Shown here piece after piece: positions 27,577-42,866 of a stretch of DNA of 64,000 nucleotides. This stretch comes from Dictyostelium discoideum (taxonomy: Eukaryota). Each line of letters starts with the position of its first letter. Positions within the stretch are counted from its first letter, which is position 1. Location of the stretch: assembly GCA_000004695.1 (NCBI GenBank), contig CM000151.3, positions 5,344,001 to 5,408,000 on the forward strand, given 5' to 3'. A program made the position numbers and the translations under genes. Under the pieces are notes generated by a model. The model was given only the letters and a program-made list of their open reading frames with translations, was not told where the DNA came from and made no database searches.

Positions 27577-28658
27577 GGGAAAATATACAGATTTTATTTT
27601 TTTGATTGTCTTTTTTTTTTTTTTTAATGACTTATTTAATTATTTTTTTTTTTAATGATTTATTTATTTTTAGTTTTTTATTATTATTTGTTTTATAAAA
27701 AATAACTATTTTGAAAAAAAAAATATATATAATGGTGATTATAAAATAAAAATAATTAAATAATTAAAAATAATGATTATAAAAGAAATATAAATATAGA
27801 ATAAATAGAAATTATTATTATAATAATACAATAAATAAATAATTAAAAATAACTATACAAGAAAAATAATAAATAAAAAAAAAAATAAAAAAATTTTAAA
27901 ACTATGTAATGTGGAATGGTTTTGGTTTTTTTTTTTTTTTTTTTTGGTTTTTTTTTTTTTATATTTTTTTTTTTTTTTTTTTTTTTTTGTTAAACCTATA
28001 AGAAATGATGATAATATTAGTAAAGATATTTTTAAAAAAAATATTAATGTGTGTTTTTTTTTTTTTTTATTAATTTTTAATTGTTTTTTTAATATTTTTT
28101 TTTTTTTTTTTTTTTTTTTTTCAAATAAAATTAAAAATAAATTAAAATAAAAGTTGTGTGAAAGTGTGAAGATTCTTTCTAAAATATAAAAAAAATTATT
28201 AAAAAAAAAAAAAAAATTCTCCAAAAAAAAAAAAAATTTAAAAATTTAAAAAATTAAAAAAAAAAAAAAAAAATTTAAAAAAAATATATCCACCGAGCAA
28301 TGCTTCATATGAATTCTCAAAAAAATAAAAAAAGTGGAAATTGATAATTAAATTTATTAATAATTTTATTATTTATTTTAGGAAAATGAAAAAAAAATGA
28401 AAAAAAAAAAAAAAAAAACCTGAAAAACAAGAAGAACTGTCACAGAAAATGTGTGGTTTTTTTTTAAAAAAAATTATTTTTAATTATTATTTAAAAAAAA
28501 AAAAAAAATTATTTGATATATAAATAATACCCATTATCTACAAAAAATTAAACAATGTGGCAGTTATATTTTTGGCAGCATTTTATTTCATTCAACAATA
28601 AATGTAGAAGTTATAATTAAAAAAAAAAATAATAGAAAAAAAAAAAAATAAAAATAAA

Positions 28659-28791
<133 letters not shown>

Positions 28792-29033
28792 AACAAGTGG
28801 TGGTGGTTGGGAAAATTAAAATTTTAATATTCCAAAAAAAAAAAAAAAGATGGGGGGGTGGAAAAAAAAATCTTAATATATTGAGTTGTAAATGGAATTA
28901 ATATGCAACCAGATAAACACATACAATAAATAATGGTGAGGGATCAATTCTTTAAATTATTAATTATTGTTATAATAATTATTTATTTTATTATTATTTT
29001 TTATAAAATTATTGTATATATAATTGTGAATAG

Positions 29034-29064
<31 letters not shown>

Positions 29065-29286
29065 ATGATTCTATTTTTATTTTTATTTTTTTATGATTTT
29101 TTTTTTTTTTTGATTTTTTGAGATTTTTTTTTTTCTTTTTCTTTTTCTTAATTTTTTTTTTTTTTTTTTTTCTTTTTTTTTTTTTGATGATGTGGTAGGA
29201 GTCAGTTTTCAAAAAAAAATAAAAAATAAAAAAAAATAAAATAAAATACCTTTTTAAGTTTTAATTTATTTAAATTATTGCTATTG

Positions 29287-29463
<177 letters not shown>

Positions 29464-29965
29464 TTTAATATTGAAAATTTTTCAAATGAATAGAAAAAAA
29501 AAAATTTTAAAATGCAAAGATTGAAATAAAAAAAAAAAAATGTTTTGAAAAATAATTAAGTGGGTTGTCCTTTTAAAAATAATCCAAATCTTTTGGGTAT
29601 TGGTTTTAAAATAAAAAGCAGAAGAAAAAATAAAATAAATAAAAAAACAAATAATTAATTTTTTACAAAAAAAAAAAAGAAAAAATAAATGAATAAATAA
29701 AAAAAAAAAATAAAATAAAATAAAATTTACTAGTAATGATATTTATATTTATTAAATTTATTATCAATAGATAATAGATATATAGATTGGTGGTAGTAAT
29801 GGAACATGAAAGTGGTGGGGGTGCGTTGATTTATATTAATTTGACTGAAAAAAAAAAATATAAAAAAAATAAAATAAAAATAAATAATAATAATAGTAAT
29901 AATAGTACACAAAAATAGAAAAAAATACTGAAATACGGGGTGGAATGTAATAATAAATTTGCTGG

Positions 29966-30014
<49 letters not shown>

Positions 30015-30277
30015 AAAAAAATAAAAAATTACTTACAAGTTAAATTTAAAATTTAAAGTTAAATTTTCGGGTTGGTCTTAAAAATATGAGATATATCAAT
30101 TTTAAATATGTGCGATGTATAATGTATAAAAATAAAAAATAATGTGGTTTGTTTGTTTTTTTTTTTTTATTTAAATATGTATGTATTTTATTTTAAAACA
30201 AAAAAAAAAAAAAATTACAAAAATTACAAAAAGTATTAAACTATTACTATTAATTTTAAAAGTAATTGGGTGTTTTA

Positions 30278-30319
<42 letters not shown>

Positions 30320-30616
30320 AATTGATAAGTTATTTATAGAAGGCTTTTCTATTTATTTTATTTAATTCTTTTTTTTTTTTTTTAAGTATCAATAGAAAAA
30401 AAAAAAAAAAAAAAAAGGGGTTGTATTTAGGAAATAAATATTATGTGTGATAAAATGGGTAATATGAATAATAATAATAAAAAAAAGTAAATTGGTTGAA
30501 TAATAAAAAAAAATGAAAAGGAATAATAATAATAATTATAAAAATATATTAAAAGAATACAATAATAAATTATGGAAAAAAAAAATTTTATTATGAAAAA
30601 AAAAAAAATCAAAAAT

Positions 30617-30655
<39 letters not shown>

Positions 30656-31068
30656 AAGAAAAAAAAAATATCTTTTGGGTGATTCTTTCATATGAATGCA
30701 AGGTGCGATTAATTTTAAGTTTTTTTTTTTTCTATTAATTCCTTTCAAAAAAAAAAAAAAAAATAAAATTAAAAAAAAAATAAAATTTTTAATTTTTGAT
30801 TTTTCCAAATTTCTTTTTTTTTATTTTTTATTTTTTAATTTTTTATTTTTCTTTCGTTTTTTTTGATTTTTTTTTTGATTTTTTTTTACTTTTTTTTTTT
30901 TTCTTTCTTTTACTTTTTTTTTTTTTTTTTCATTTAAGATCTGAATTAAAAAAATATCTGACTCTTTTTTTTTTTTTTTTTTCTCAAAAGTTTTTTTTTT
31001 TCATTTTAAGAAAACGAAAAATAATTATTTTATTTTGAATAAAATAAAAAATTAAAAAAACCGAAAAA

Positions 31069-34000
31069 ATGAAAATTAATCTCAAGTCAAAATCAAAGAG
31101 TGTTAAATTAGAACAAGAACAATTCATTGATATTAGTGATGATAAAAAAGATAATTTTAAAAATTTATTTTTAAAATCTAAAAAACAAACAACAACTAAA
31201 TCACAATTAAATGATATTGTTTCAAATTTCTTAACATCAAATAATAATGGTCAACAATTAATTCAAATGAAAAAACTTGAAAGTTTATTCAAATCCTCAA
31301 CAAGTATAATTTTAATTGAAGAATTTGAAACCATTAAAATTTTAATTGAATTTATATTTTTCATTCAATTTTCAATTGGTTCAAAAAATGTTTCAGCAAA
31401 TAAATCAATGTCACAAGTTTTAAATTGTATTTTACAACAACAAAGTAGTACCGAACAAAAACAATTAAAAGAAATTGTTTTAAATTTATCAAATGAATCA
31501 ATTAATAAATTAATCAGTAATAGTAATAGTAATAGTAATAATAATGTATCACCAGTATTTAGTATTTCATTTTTAATTGATATTATAAATTTAACAATTT
31601 TAGAAGAGGAAGAAGGAGAAATAAGGATTTTTAAATTTATTGAAATGATTTCAAATCAATTGAATGGGGAGATTGGTCAATTGGAACAAGCATCAAATAC
31701 AAATGCAATTGTATTACATGATTGTGAACATACTTTACGTTCATTAGTTACATTATTCAATAGGTTTGAAGCAGTATTACGTTCAAAAGTTTCAACTATT
31801 TCAAAAAGCACAGATATTACTGCTAGTATTATGGTTAGTTCAATGCGTTCACTTTCAATTCAACTTGAAAGAATTTTATCAAATCCAACATTACCAAGAC
31901 AATTGGGTACAAATTCAGGTTATTTAATCTCTGAAATTATTACACTATATGGTAATGATTCCGAATCAATTCAAAAACAAATTTTATCATCTCTTGTTAA
32001 ATCAAATAATAATCATCAAGATGATAGCGTAATTTCAATATTTGATATTTTAAATCCAACTACTAGTTCAACTTTTCAATCAAGATTTAAACAATTCCCT
32101 GAAATTAATCAAATTTCAATTTTAAGAGGTTTATGTTTAACTGGTAATATATTTTCATCATTAACAAATTCAATTTATAATAATCAAAAGTAAGAGATAT
32201 ATATATATATATATATATTTAATATTTTATAAAATATTTAAATATATATTAATTAATTAATTTATTATTTTTTTAAAATATATATAGTGAAAATATATTT
32301 TTAAATTTAATTTATAAAGGTATTTCAGATTATTGTGGTGGTACAGTTGATCAACATAATAGATTTATATCATTAGAATATTTACATTTATGTATTTTAA
32401 AGATTAAAGAATGGTTAAATAATTCAGAATCTAAAAATATTGAAAAGAAACAATTAATTAAAAGTGTTTTCCCAAGTTGTGAAAATTATGAAACATTTTT
32501 CAATAGTTACTTTTTGATTGGTTTAGATATAGTTTGGAAGAATTGGGAATCATCAGTTCAAAATATTTCTGGTTTATCAAATGATATTTTCGATGAATTA
32601 TTAATAATTCATTATAAATGTTGTGATGATATTAATAATAAATCGGGAAATAATCTTAAATCAAATTTATTTATAAATTCAATTACAACAAAATTAATTG
32701 ATGAAGATTGGTATCAAAAAGTAATTATATAATATATTTACTTTTAAAATATTTTTATAATATATATATATATATATTAATAATTAATTATTATTTTTTT
32801 TTTTAAAAAATTTTAGAATAAATATATTTTATTAAAATATGTTTTAGAAAAAGTTGGACCAATTTATATGATTGAATTAAGAGGTAATTTTTTGAAAAAT
32901 ATATTTTCAGCAATGATTGATCATACAATTTGTAATTCTGTTAAAGTATTTTTAGAATTATTTATTGAAGAATTGAAAAAGGATTATTTATTAACAAATA
33001 AAGAAGAAGTGGGACCAACAACAACAACAACAACAACAACTAATCAAGAATTGAATAGAATTGAAAAATATTGGATTTATCCATTATTAGAAGTTTTAAC
33101 AGAAACTGATACAGTTACATCATCAAGAATTATAGTTTATGCATTACCAAGTTTATTAAAAGTTTTCCCAGAATCATTATTTAAAATTTTAAATATTTTA
33201 ATTAATCAAGGAGGTGGTGGTGTTGGTGGTGATGATGATGATCAAGATAATGAATTAAATAAATTTAGAAATATAAATTATAATATTAGAATTAGAATTT
33301 CATTAGCATTATTAAATTCATCGAGACAATTATCATTAATTGATGGTAGAGAATTACAATCTAAATATCATAGTATAATTGAAAAATCATTAGAGAATGA
33401 AGATGAATCTTTAAGATTATTAGGTTTAGAATTAATTTGTGTTAGTCCAAAACAAACAGAGAGAATAACAATTTGTGAATTGAATTTAATAAAGAATTTC
33501 ATTTTATTGAATTTAAAAGGTAATTCACCATTCATTAGAAATCAATCACTTTCAACACTTTATAGATTTTGGATTAGGTTAAGAGAGAGTTGTTGTAAAG
33601 TATTTAGAGCATCAACAAATACAAATATTAATATTGAAAAAGATGATCCAACATCTCAAGATCGTTATATCACCATTGAAGATTTAATTGAATACATTAA
33701 TTGGAGTTGTCAACTATTTGCATATAATCTCTACCCAGATGCACCCTTCTCAAGAAAAATGTTACCATTGGAAGCTTTTAGTGAATTTGTTGATATTTGG
33801 AGTTCAAAAGGTGGTCAAGAAAAGAAATCACTTCAAGAGTTTTTAATATACATTGAAGAGAAATCAGTTTTACTATATAGTAAAAGTTCAACTGATATTT
33901 TAATCAATAATCTTTGGGATAGTTATGATAGATGTAGAGAGTTGTCCACTGATATCTTGATGAAATTCCCATCACCATTGCCTGGTATGGAAAGTGATGA

Positions 34001-35839
34001 AAAAATAATTTCATTCCTTTTATGGGCTGTAAAATTAGCATGTTCACCAAAAGCTAGAGAATGTGATACTGGTGCATATGCATTAAAACTTTATTTAAAG
34101 AAATATGTGTTTGGTGCCGATGGATTAGTACCAATTTTCCACTCAAGTACAACAACACCAGTTACATTCACTAAAATTCAAGGTAATAATAGTAAAGCAG
34201 CATTTGAATTTATTACTCAAATCTTACGTATATTAAAATCACAAACTAAATTAGCATCAAAGGATCTTTTAGAAGCTGCTAAATTTGCACCAATGCATGG
34301 TTTAATCTTATCATTACGTTATATTATAAATGAAATTAATTTCCAAGAATTTGATAAAAATAAAGAAGAAAAGAAACAATGGAGAGTTTTATTAGCTGAA
34401 ATTATTGAATTAATGAAATCAATATCTTCAATTGTACTTAGAGTTGTTGCTGATTTAGCACCAGAAGGTAATAATCCAAATCAATTATTAAAAGTAAAAG
34501 ATAGTTTACCATCTTCATTACCATCTGGTGTAATTTATGATGATGATGAAAGATTAGCTTCAAATTTTTCATCAACATTAATGGTTGGTAATGATGATGA
34601 TAATAATAATAATAATATTGAAGAGGAAGATGAGGATGAAGGTAATGATGAAGATGAAAATGAAGATGAAACTGAAGAATTATCAGAAGATATTGGTAAA
34701 TCTGAACAAAATTTAAAAGGTGGTATTGGTCAAATTATTACAGTTTGTTCATGGCAATGTACAAAACAAATTAGTTTAATTTTAGGTACAATTTTAGATA
34801 AAGTTGAAATGCCAACAAGTGATGAAGATGATGAAGTTTGTATGATTACAACCAAACAAATTGAAGAGATTGGTCATCAATTCTTTACAATTTTACTTCA
34901 ATCAAGACATAAAGGTGCAATTGAAAAGACTTATCTTGGTTTTCAAGTACTTTGTGCAACTTTAATGAAATCTACAAATACTAAACTTTCAAGTTTACCA
35001 TCTACATGGATTGGTTTCCTATTTGAACGTGTTAAAGAACAATCATTACAAATCACAAGAAGATCCGCTGGTTTACCATTTGCTTTCATTGGTATTCTAA
35101 CTGGTGAATCAACTACAAATCAACGTGTTAATCATTTATTAAATCATGTAATGGATAATTTATTAAAATTAGCAAGTGGTTCCGATTTTGATGAAAATAT
35201 TAATAATACCGAAAATCAAGATGATCAATCAAATTTAAATTCTATTGAAAAAAATATTTATTTACCACAAGTTCATTCAATTAATATTTTAAAGAGTATA
35301 TTCCGTGCAAGAGCAATCATTCAAGAATTAGATCAATATCTCGCCGTTACTTTGATTTGTGTTATTAAAGCATTTTCATCAAAATCTTGGTCAGTTAGAA
35401 ATTCTGCGACAATGGCATTCAGTGTATTGGTTGATAGAATCATTGGTACAAAGAAATTGAAAGCAGATTCAACAATTATTAATACTACTACATTTTATCA
35501 TTTCTTTTCAAGAATGCCAATTGTTTATCCATTCCTTTTAGAATACTTTAAAAATTCATTACAATTCATTAAAGAAACTTCACCATTAGTTGAAGAGGGT
35601 AAAATTATTCAATCAACAGTTTACGCTATTTTAGTACTCTTTTCAAGATTACAACCATCAAATATTGATCATCCAAATGATTTATTAGCACCAGCTCAAT
35701 TTGTACCATTAATTTCACAATGTTGTCAATTTTCAAATTATATGGTTCGTCAAATTTCTGCACGTGCTTTAGTTCCATTAATTTCAACAATTGAATTAAT
35801 TCCTTTTATTAGAGATTTAATTAATAAATTAAATGAAAT

Positions 35840-35891
<52 letters not shown>

Positions 35892-36768
35892 GATAATCAA
35901 TCAAAATTAAATTATAATAAGATTCATGGTATTTTATTACAAATCTACCATTTATTAAAAGGTCATTTACCAACAATAAATCAAAAAGAAAGAGAAGTTT
36001 CAATTTCAATTGTTGTATCTGAATTTATTCCACAATTACAATGGATTCAAGATTCAAATTTACCACCATTAGGTTTCATTTATTTCTCAATTTTAAATGA
36101 ATTAGAAAAGAATACTCAAAATGGTCTTCCATTTGATTCAATAATTAATTCAATTATTAATTATTGTAAAAATCAATTATTATTAAATAGTAATAATTCA
36201 AATGCTACTGATAAATTTAATGAAAATTTGAAAAATTTACCAATGTTTTATACTTGGATTGAATCAGTATTACAATTTTATTTATTATCAATAAAGAAAC
36301 AAATTGAATCAACATGTACCTCTTCTTCTTCTTCAATATCATCATCAATGAAAAAACAAATTAATGATGAATTAATGAAATTATTCTCACATTCACTTTA
36401 TGAAATTAAAATAGTTACAATGAAATTCCTTTTAAAGAATCGTTCAATCGTTACAGAGGTTTTAGATCAACAAATACTTCAAACTTCAATTATTAAAGTT
36501 ATTTTAACTGATCCAAATTCAACATGTAGAAAGAAATCATTTAAACTTTTATCTTTCCTTTCATTACCACTTTCAATTGAATCTGTTGAACAACAACAAC
36601 AAACTAATACCTCTTCAAATATTATTGATTCCACAAATATTAATTTATATCAATTATTATGTAAAACCATTTGGGGTATTTCAAACTCAATGAAAAAAGA
36701 ATCAATTGTATTATTTGGTCATTATTTAAAACAATTTTATCAACAAAAAATTGATAATACACATAGTG

Positions 36769-36837
<69 letters not shown>

Positions 36838-37718
36838 TTAACGAACAAAAAGAAAAAGTTTTAAATAATTGGATTAAAATGGTTAAAGAATTATCAAATT
36901 CTGAACAACCATTAGAATTAAGACAAGCAATTTGTAAATCAATTGAAGCATGTAGTGATGTTATATTTAAAACCCAAGAACAAACTAAAAATGATAATTT
37001 ATTATCAATAGTTTCAATTGAATCTTGGCTTGCAGTTTCAACACTTTTAGAGGATGATGATCAATCAATTAGATCACAATGTTCAATTCTCTCTTCAAAG
37101 ATTTTATTCTTATCAAATAATCCAAATCATTCAACAATTGTTAAGGATAGTGAATTTGTTATTAAAGAATGTTCAAAATGTCTTGAACAAGTATTTGATT
37201 ATCTTTTATCACAATTTACAAATAATCATAATTATTTATTATTAAGATTTACTGAAATTTTAAAATTAAATTATGATTCATCATCATCATCAACAACAAC
37301 TATATTTGATCAAGATTTCCAAAATTCAAAAGTTTTATTTGATAAAGAAAAAGATAACTATTTTGAAGAACAATTAGTAAAGATTCAATTAATTAATTTT
37401 GAAATTCAAAAGATTCAATCATCATCTGAAAAGAAACATTTATTATTAAAAGTAATGAATTCTTTAGAGAAGTGTACTGCTTGGTTAAAGAATACTCGTG
37501 AATTAAATCAAACAAGTGTACTTAGTCATTGGTTAACTTTTAATCCAGAGATTTTCACTCTCTTCTATACCTATCTTGTGACTTGTCATTCACTATGTGA
37601 AAAAGGTCATGACTATTCATCATTTATCAATACAATTAAATCAAATTTATCCGAGATTCAACTTCATCCAATCTTATCAATGGCATTAAACACTTTAATT
37701 TCAAAATTAGAAAATTCA

Positions 37719-37756
<38 letters not shown>

Positions 37757-37793
37757 TACACCAAAAAATTATTATTTCTTAACTTCAAAATAA
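31069..37793 (+). CDS. THADA (thyroid adenoma-associated protein) homolog, ~2176 aa, 3 exons: 31069..32189, 32288..32720, 32817..37793
   Basis: Exon 3 aligns to the conserved THADA core:
- RRSAGLPFAFIGILTGE
- YLPQVHSINILKSIFRARAI
- SKSWSVRNSATMAFSVLVDRIIG
- FFSRMPIVYPFLLEYFKNSL
- VRQISARALVPLI
- KIHGILLQIYHLLKG
The exon 1 donor is GTAAGA at 32190 (phase 2). An acceptor ...atatatAG at 32286-32287 restores the frame and is immediately preceded by an in-frame stop. Exon 2 ends ...DWYQK before GTAATT (32721). The acceptor ttttAG at 32815-32816 follows an in-frame TAG. All joins were checked by codon arithmetic. Confidence 0.8.
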
Positions 37794-38118
37794 TTAAATA
37801 AATAAATAAATAAATAAATTACAAATATTCAAAATTTTTTAAATAATTAAATGGTTAATACTTTTTTTTTTTTTTTTATTATTATTATTTTTAATATTTA
37901 AATCAAAAAAAGATATGAGCGGATAGAATAAACAATTTTAAGGAATATAAATATTTCTTTGAATGTTCAAAATTTTTAAAAATTTATAATAAAAAAAAAA
38001 TAAAAAAATGAAAATTATTATTTTTGTTAATATTTTTTTTTTATTTTTTTTTTTTTCAATTTTTATTTCACCTCTTTGTATATAAAACCAAAAAAAAAAA
38101 AAAAAATAATAAAAGAGA

Positions 38119-38466
38119 ATGGCTAGAACAAAATGGAGATCTCCAGGTCATAAATATGCTAAAAAGGCAGAAGCCAGACTAAAAAAACAAGAAGAAGGTG
38201 AAGAAGTTGAAGAAGAAGTTGAAGAAGAAGGTGGTGCAAGTGACGAAAGTGGTGGAGAGAAAAAGAAAGTTGTAGTAAAAAAATCTAAAACACCAATTAC
38301 ATCATCATCATCATCATCATCATCGTCATCCACCAATGATAAATCATTTAATCTTTCAGATAAAAGAAAAATCTCATATAGTAACTTTAAAGGTTTGGAA
38401 CGTATTGATATCCGTGAATTTTTTGAAGATAAATCTGGTGAATTAAAACCAAGTTCAAAAGGTTAA

Positions 38467-38545
<79 letters not shown>

Positions 38546-38551
38546 TATAGA

Positions 38552-38591
<40 letters not shown>

Positions 38592-38860
38592 TTTTTTTTT
38601 TTTTTTTTTTATTGTTTAAATTATAATTTTTTATTTTATTTTTTTTTTTTTAAAAAAAATTTATTATTTTTTATTTCATTATCTTTCCGGATCTTTATTA
38701 TTTATTAATAAACATTTCAGACTATTTTTATATTAACATATTTTCTTTTTTTTTATTTTTTTATTTTTTTTTATTAGGTATTTCATTAACAAGAGAACAA
38801 TTTATGGTTATATTAGAAAATGGTGATACGATTAAAGATTGGATAAAAGAAAGTAAATAA
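38119..38860 (+). CDS. transcriptional coactivator PC4/Sub1-like ssDNA-binding protein, 2 exons: 38119..38461, 38778..38860
   Basis: N-terminus is K/E/S-rich. The PC4 domain KISYSNFKGLERIDIREFFEDKSGELKPSSKG | ISLTREQFMVILENGDTIKDWIKESK matches human PC4 ...YVSVRDFKGKVLIDIREYW...KPGRKGISLNPEQW. The phase-1 donor is GTTAAT at 38462. The 316-bp intron is largely (ATT)n. The acceptor is ttattAG at 38776-38777, and the stop is TAA at 38858-38860. Confidence 0.75.
38466..38590. repeat. (ATT)n microsatellite inside PC4 intron
   Basis: Direct reading. Confidence 0.9.
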
Positions 38861-38935
38861 ACTATTAAAAATAAAAAAAATTCATTAAAAACCTTAATAT
38901 TAAACAAATAAAAAATACATGCAAAAAGATTTTTG

Positions 38936-38975
<40 letters not shown>

Positions 38976-39222
38976 AAAAATAATAATTTTCATTTTTTTA
39001 TTTTTTGACTTTTTATAATAATCACAAATCGGGTCTGTGTGTATGTTTTGTAAAAATTAATTTTTTTAATTTTTTTAATTTTTTTTTCTTTTTTTTTTTT
39101 TTTTTTTTTTTTTAACCCTGTCATTTTAAAAATTTTTTTTTTTTTTTTTTTATTTTTTTATTTAAAATAAAAAAATAAAAAAATTTTATACCCACAACAT
39201 AAATTTATTATATTTATTTAAA

Positions 39223-40123
39223 ATGAGTGGAATTTCAAAAGAGGGATATTTAGTTAGAAAAGCTACAACAAGTTGGAAAAAACAATATTTCATAATTCAA
39301 TCAAATTTATTATTAAGATATAAAACCAAACCTTCGGTAAGATATTTTTTTTGATTTTATTTTTTTTTTTTTTTTAATTTTTATTTTTTATTTTTTATTT
39401 TATTTTTTTTTTTTTATTATTTTTTTTATTAACACACATTTAAATTTCTAAAGAAAAAAGGTAAATTACCAAAAGAAACATTAGATTTAATTGGTACAGA
39501 TATACAAAGTAGTACAATAGCAAAATTTTGTATATCAATAAGAAATATAAATACAAATAAAACCATTTATTTATGTGGAAGTGATAATGATGACTATGAA
39601 TCTTGGATATTTATATTAAAAAAAGCTTTATCAAATTTTAACCAACAACAACAACAACAAAATGTAAATAAATCAAATTATTCAGCACAACTTTCTCAAC
39701 ATTCCCAACATTCTCAACCTTCTCTACCTTCTCAACCACCACCACCCTCATTACCACAACACCATTCAAATCCAGTTTTTCCAACTTCATATTATCAACC
39801 AACACAACCACAACAACAACAAATTAGCCCAACCTATTTTACACAAGTAAACTCCACCCAAACAAACGTAAATCCAATGGAATTTTATCAATATAAAACT
39901 CCTGCTGCTTTTACATCATCTCCAAACATATATACTATTCAACAATCACAACCTCGACAACCTCAACAATTCCAACCTCAACCACAACCACAACCACAAC
40001 CACAAACACAAACACAAACACAAACACAAACACAAACACAACCACAACCACAACCACAACTACAACTACAACCACAATATCATCAACAACAACAACAATA
40101 TCAACCACAACCACAATATCATC

Positions 40124-40180
<57 letters not shown>

Positions 40181-40380
40181 ATCAACCACCGTCATATAAT
40201 CAATCACAACCACAATATAATCAACAAATAGAACCTTCTTATCAAAATTCACAATACAAAAACTATACACAAATGATAACACCACAACAAGAGTTTCAAC
40301 CAATTTCTAAACCTCAATACTCACAATATTCCCATTATATATCACACTCTTCATCAATATCTTACCCAACACCAATGTAA
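39223..40380 (+). CDS. PH-domain protein with Q/P-rich C-terminus, 2 exons: 39223..39336, 39454..40380
   Basis: The PH domain is split by the intron: MSGISKEGYLVRKATTSWKKQYFIIQSNLLLRYKTKPS | KKGKLPKETLDLIGTDIQSS...IYLCGSDNDDYESWIFILKKAL. Exon 1 is phase 0. The donor is GTAAGA (39337). The acceptor ctaaAG (39452-39453) is in frame with the ORF at 39877. The tail has TQ- and PQ-dipeptide repeats from (ACAAAC)n/(CCACAA)n. Confidence 0.75.
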
Positions 40381-41319
40381 TCTTAAAATCTTTTAAAACT
40401 TCAACAGGTAAATTTATTTAATTATGTATAAATAATTATTTTTAAAACCTGGAAAAAAAAAAAAAAAAATCAAAAAAAAAAAAAATAACAAAATAAAAAA
40501 TAATAATAATAGTAATAAAATAAAATAAAACTTGTATATTAAAAAATAAAATAAAAAAATTTTGACATGGGCTACCCAGATTTTTTGAATCCAAACCACA
40601 TATTATCGAATTTTTTTTTTTTTTTCCAATTTTTTTTTTTTTTTTTTTTTTTTTTTGGTGCAAACAAAAAGAGATATTTATTTATGTTGAGTGAGATTCC
40701 CATTGTGATTTGCTTTTTTTATAATAAAAAATTCAAAAAAAAAAAAAAAAAATATTCTAAAAAAAAAAAAAAAAAAAAATCAATTTTGTTGTGTTTTGTT
40801 TTTTTTTTTTTTATTATTGTTTTATTTTTTTATTTTTTTATTTTTTTTATTTTTTTTTTACAATTTAATAAATAATTTATTAATAATTGAATAATAACAT
40901 TGTTTTTTTTTTTTTTCACTTTTTTTTATTTCCATCATTTTATTTTTATTTTTTTTTATTTTTTTTTTTTTGTGGGTTGATAAGTTTTCAACGCGTGGAA
41001 AAAAAATATCAGGAAAAAGAAAAATATTTTCTAGCTTGAAAAAAAAAAAAATAAAAAAAATAAAAATTTGATAAAAAAAAAAAAAACAAAATCAAAATCA
41101 AAAGACAAACATCACTATAAAAATAAAATTATCAAAAAAAAAAAAATTTGATAAAAAATAAAAAAAACAACAAATTAAAAAGATATAAAAATAGATATAA
41201 AATAAAAATAAAATTATCAAAATAGCAAAATAAAACATAACAATAAAAAAAAAAAAAATTATAAAAAAGAATCAAAAATCAAAAATAAATAATATTGGTG
41301 TTTTGACATAAATTTTCCC

Positions 41320-41350
<31 letters not shown>

Positions 41351-41394
41351 TAAAGTTAAAATAAAATAAAATAAAATAAAACAAAACTAGAGAA

Positions 41395-42781
41395 ATGAGT
41401 AGTAATAGTTTTTCATCATCATCATCTTCATCATCATTTAAACATAAAACTCCAATCCGATCAAGAACAGAATCATTTCCAAATCCTTCATCATCATCCT
41501 CAATATTAAAGATTAATTTATTTGATACTGTTACAGGATATCTAGAAGATGATAAATCAATTTTGGATCAAATAGAGAATACTATAAATGGTTGTGATTC
41601 AACAACAACAACCTACCATCACCATAATCATACACTTCCACCTCTAATCATAAAATCACCAGATCTAAATAATAACAATAGTAGTAGTAGTAATAATAAT
41701 AATATAAATGAAAATGATGAAAGTGGTTGTATAAATAAAATTAAAATTAGTGATAATGGTGAACTTTCAAAAAAGAGTACAAAAATTACATTTAAAGAAG
41801 ATAATGATTTCGATTTTAAAACAATTGAAGTTTTAGAGAATTTAATGACAGATTTTGGTAAAACTTCATTAACTAGTAGTAATAATAGTAGTTGTAATAG
41901 TAGTAAACATAATAGTAGTTTAAATTTATCAACACCCAACACAACAACCAATACAACAACCAATACATCAACAGCAACATCAACGGCACTGAAAAAATCA
42001 CAGCAAGCAATAATAAATGATTCAAGTGATATAAATTCATTAATTAATGATATTGATTCTTATTTAGTTGATATTCAAGATGAATTAAAGAAACCTACAA
42101 CTGGAATTGAAAATGAGAAATTATTAATATCACCATTAATATCAGAACAAGAACAAGAAGAACAACAACAACAACAACAACAAGAAATATTATTATCAAC
42201 TATTGATGATTTAGTTTCATCTCATAAAAATGTTGATTTGCCACAAGATATCTTGGATATTATGTCATTTTCACCACCAAAATCAACACCATCTTCATCT
42301 TTTAAAATACCTCAATCAACTTCAATGACTGCTATAGCTACTGACCCCGCTGTTGTATCACCTAAAAAAACAAGTTCTTCTTTCATTTCACCATCTTCTT
42401 CTTCAATCCATAAAGATGACGATGATGATAATAATAATAATAACAATAATAATAATTATATTAACGATATCGATAAAAAATCAGTTGAACTTCCACCTGA
42501 AAAAGTAACACCAGGAGATTTACAACAATCTATTGATTCATTAGAAATATCACTTCAATTATTACAAAAGCCACTTGAAAAATTACAACAACAACCACAA
42601 CAACAACAACCACAACCACAACCACAACCACAACCACAACCACAACCACAACCACAACCACAACCACAACCACAACCACAACCACAACCACAACCACAAC
42701 CACAACCACAACCACAACCACAACCACAACAACAACCACAACAACAACCACAACAACCGCAACAACAACAAGAACAACCGC

Positions 42782-42866
<85 letters not shown>

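Noticed and set aside
32288-32330. Alternative acceptors for THADA intron 1 (tataaAG at 32318-32319, tttcAG at 32327-32328)
   Set aside because: Both give the wrong phase relative to the phase-2 donor at 32190. Only the AG at 32286-32287 restores the frame.
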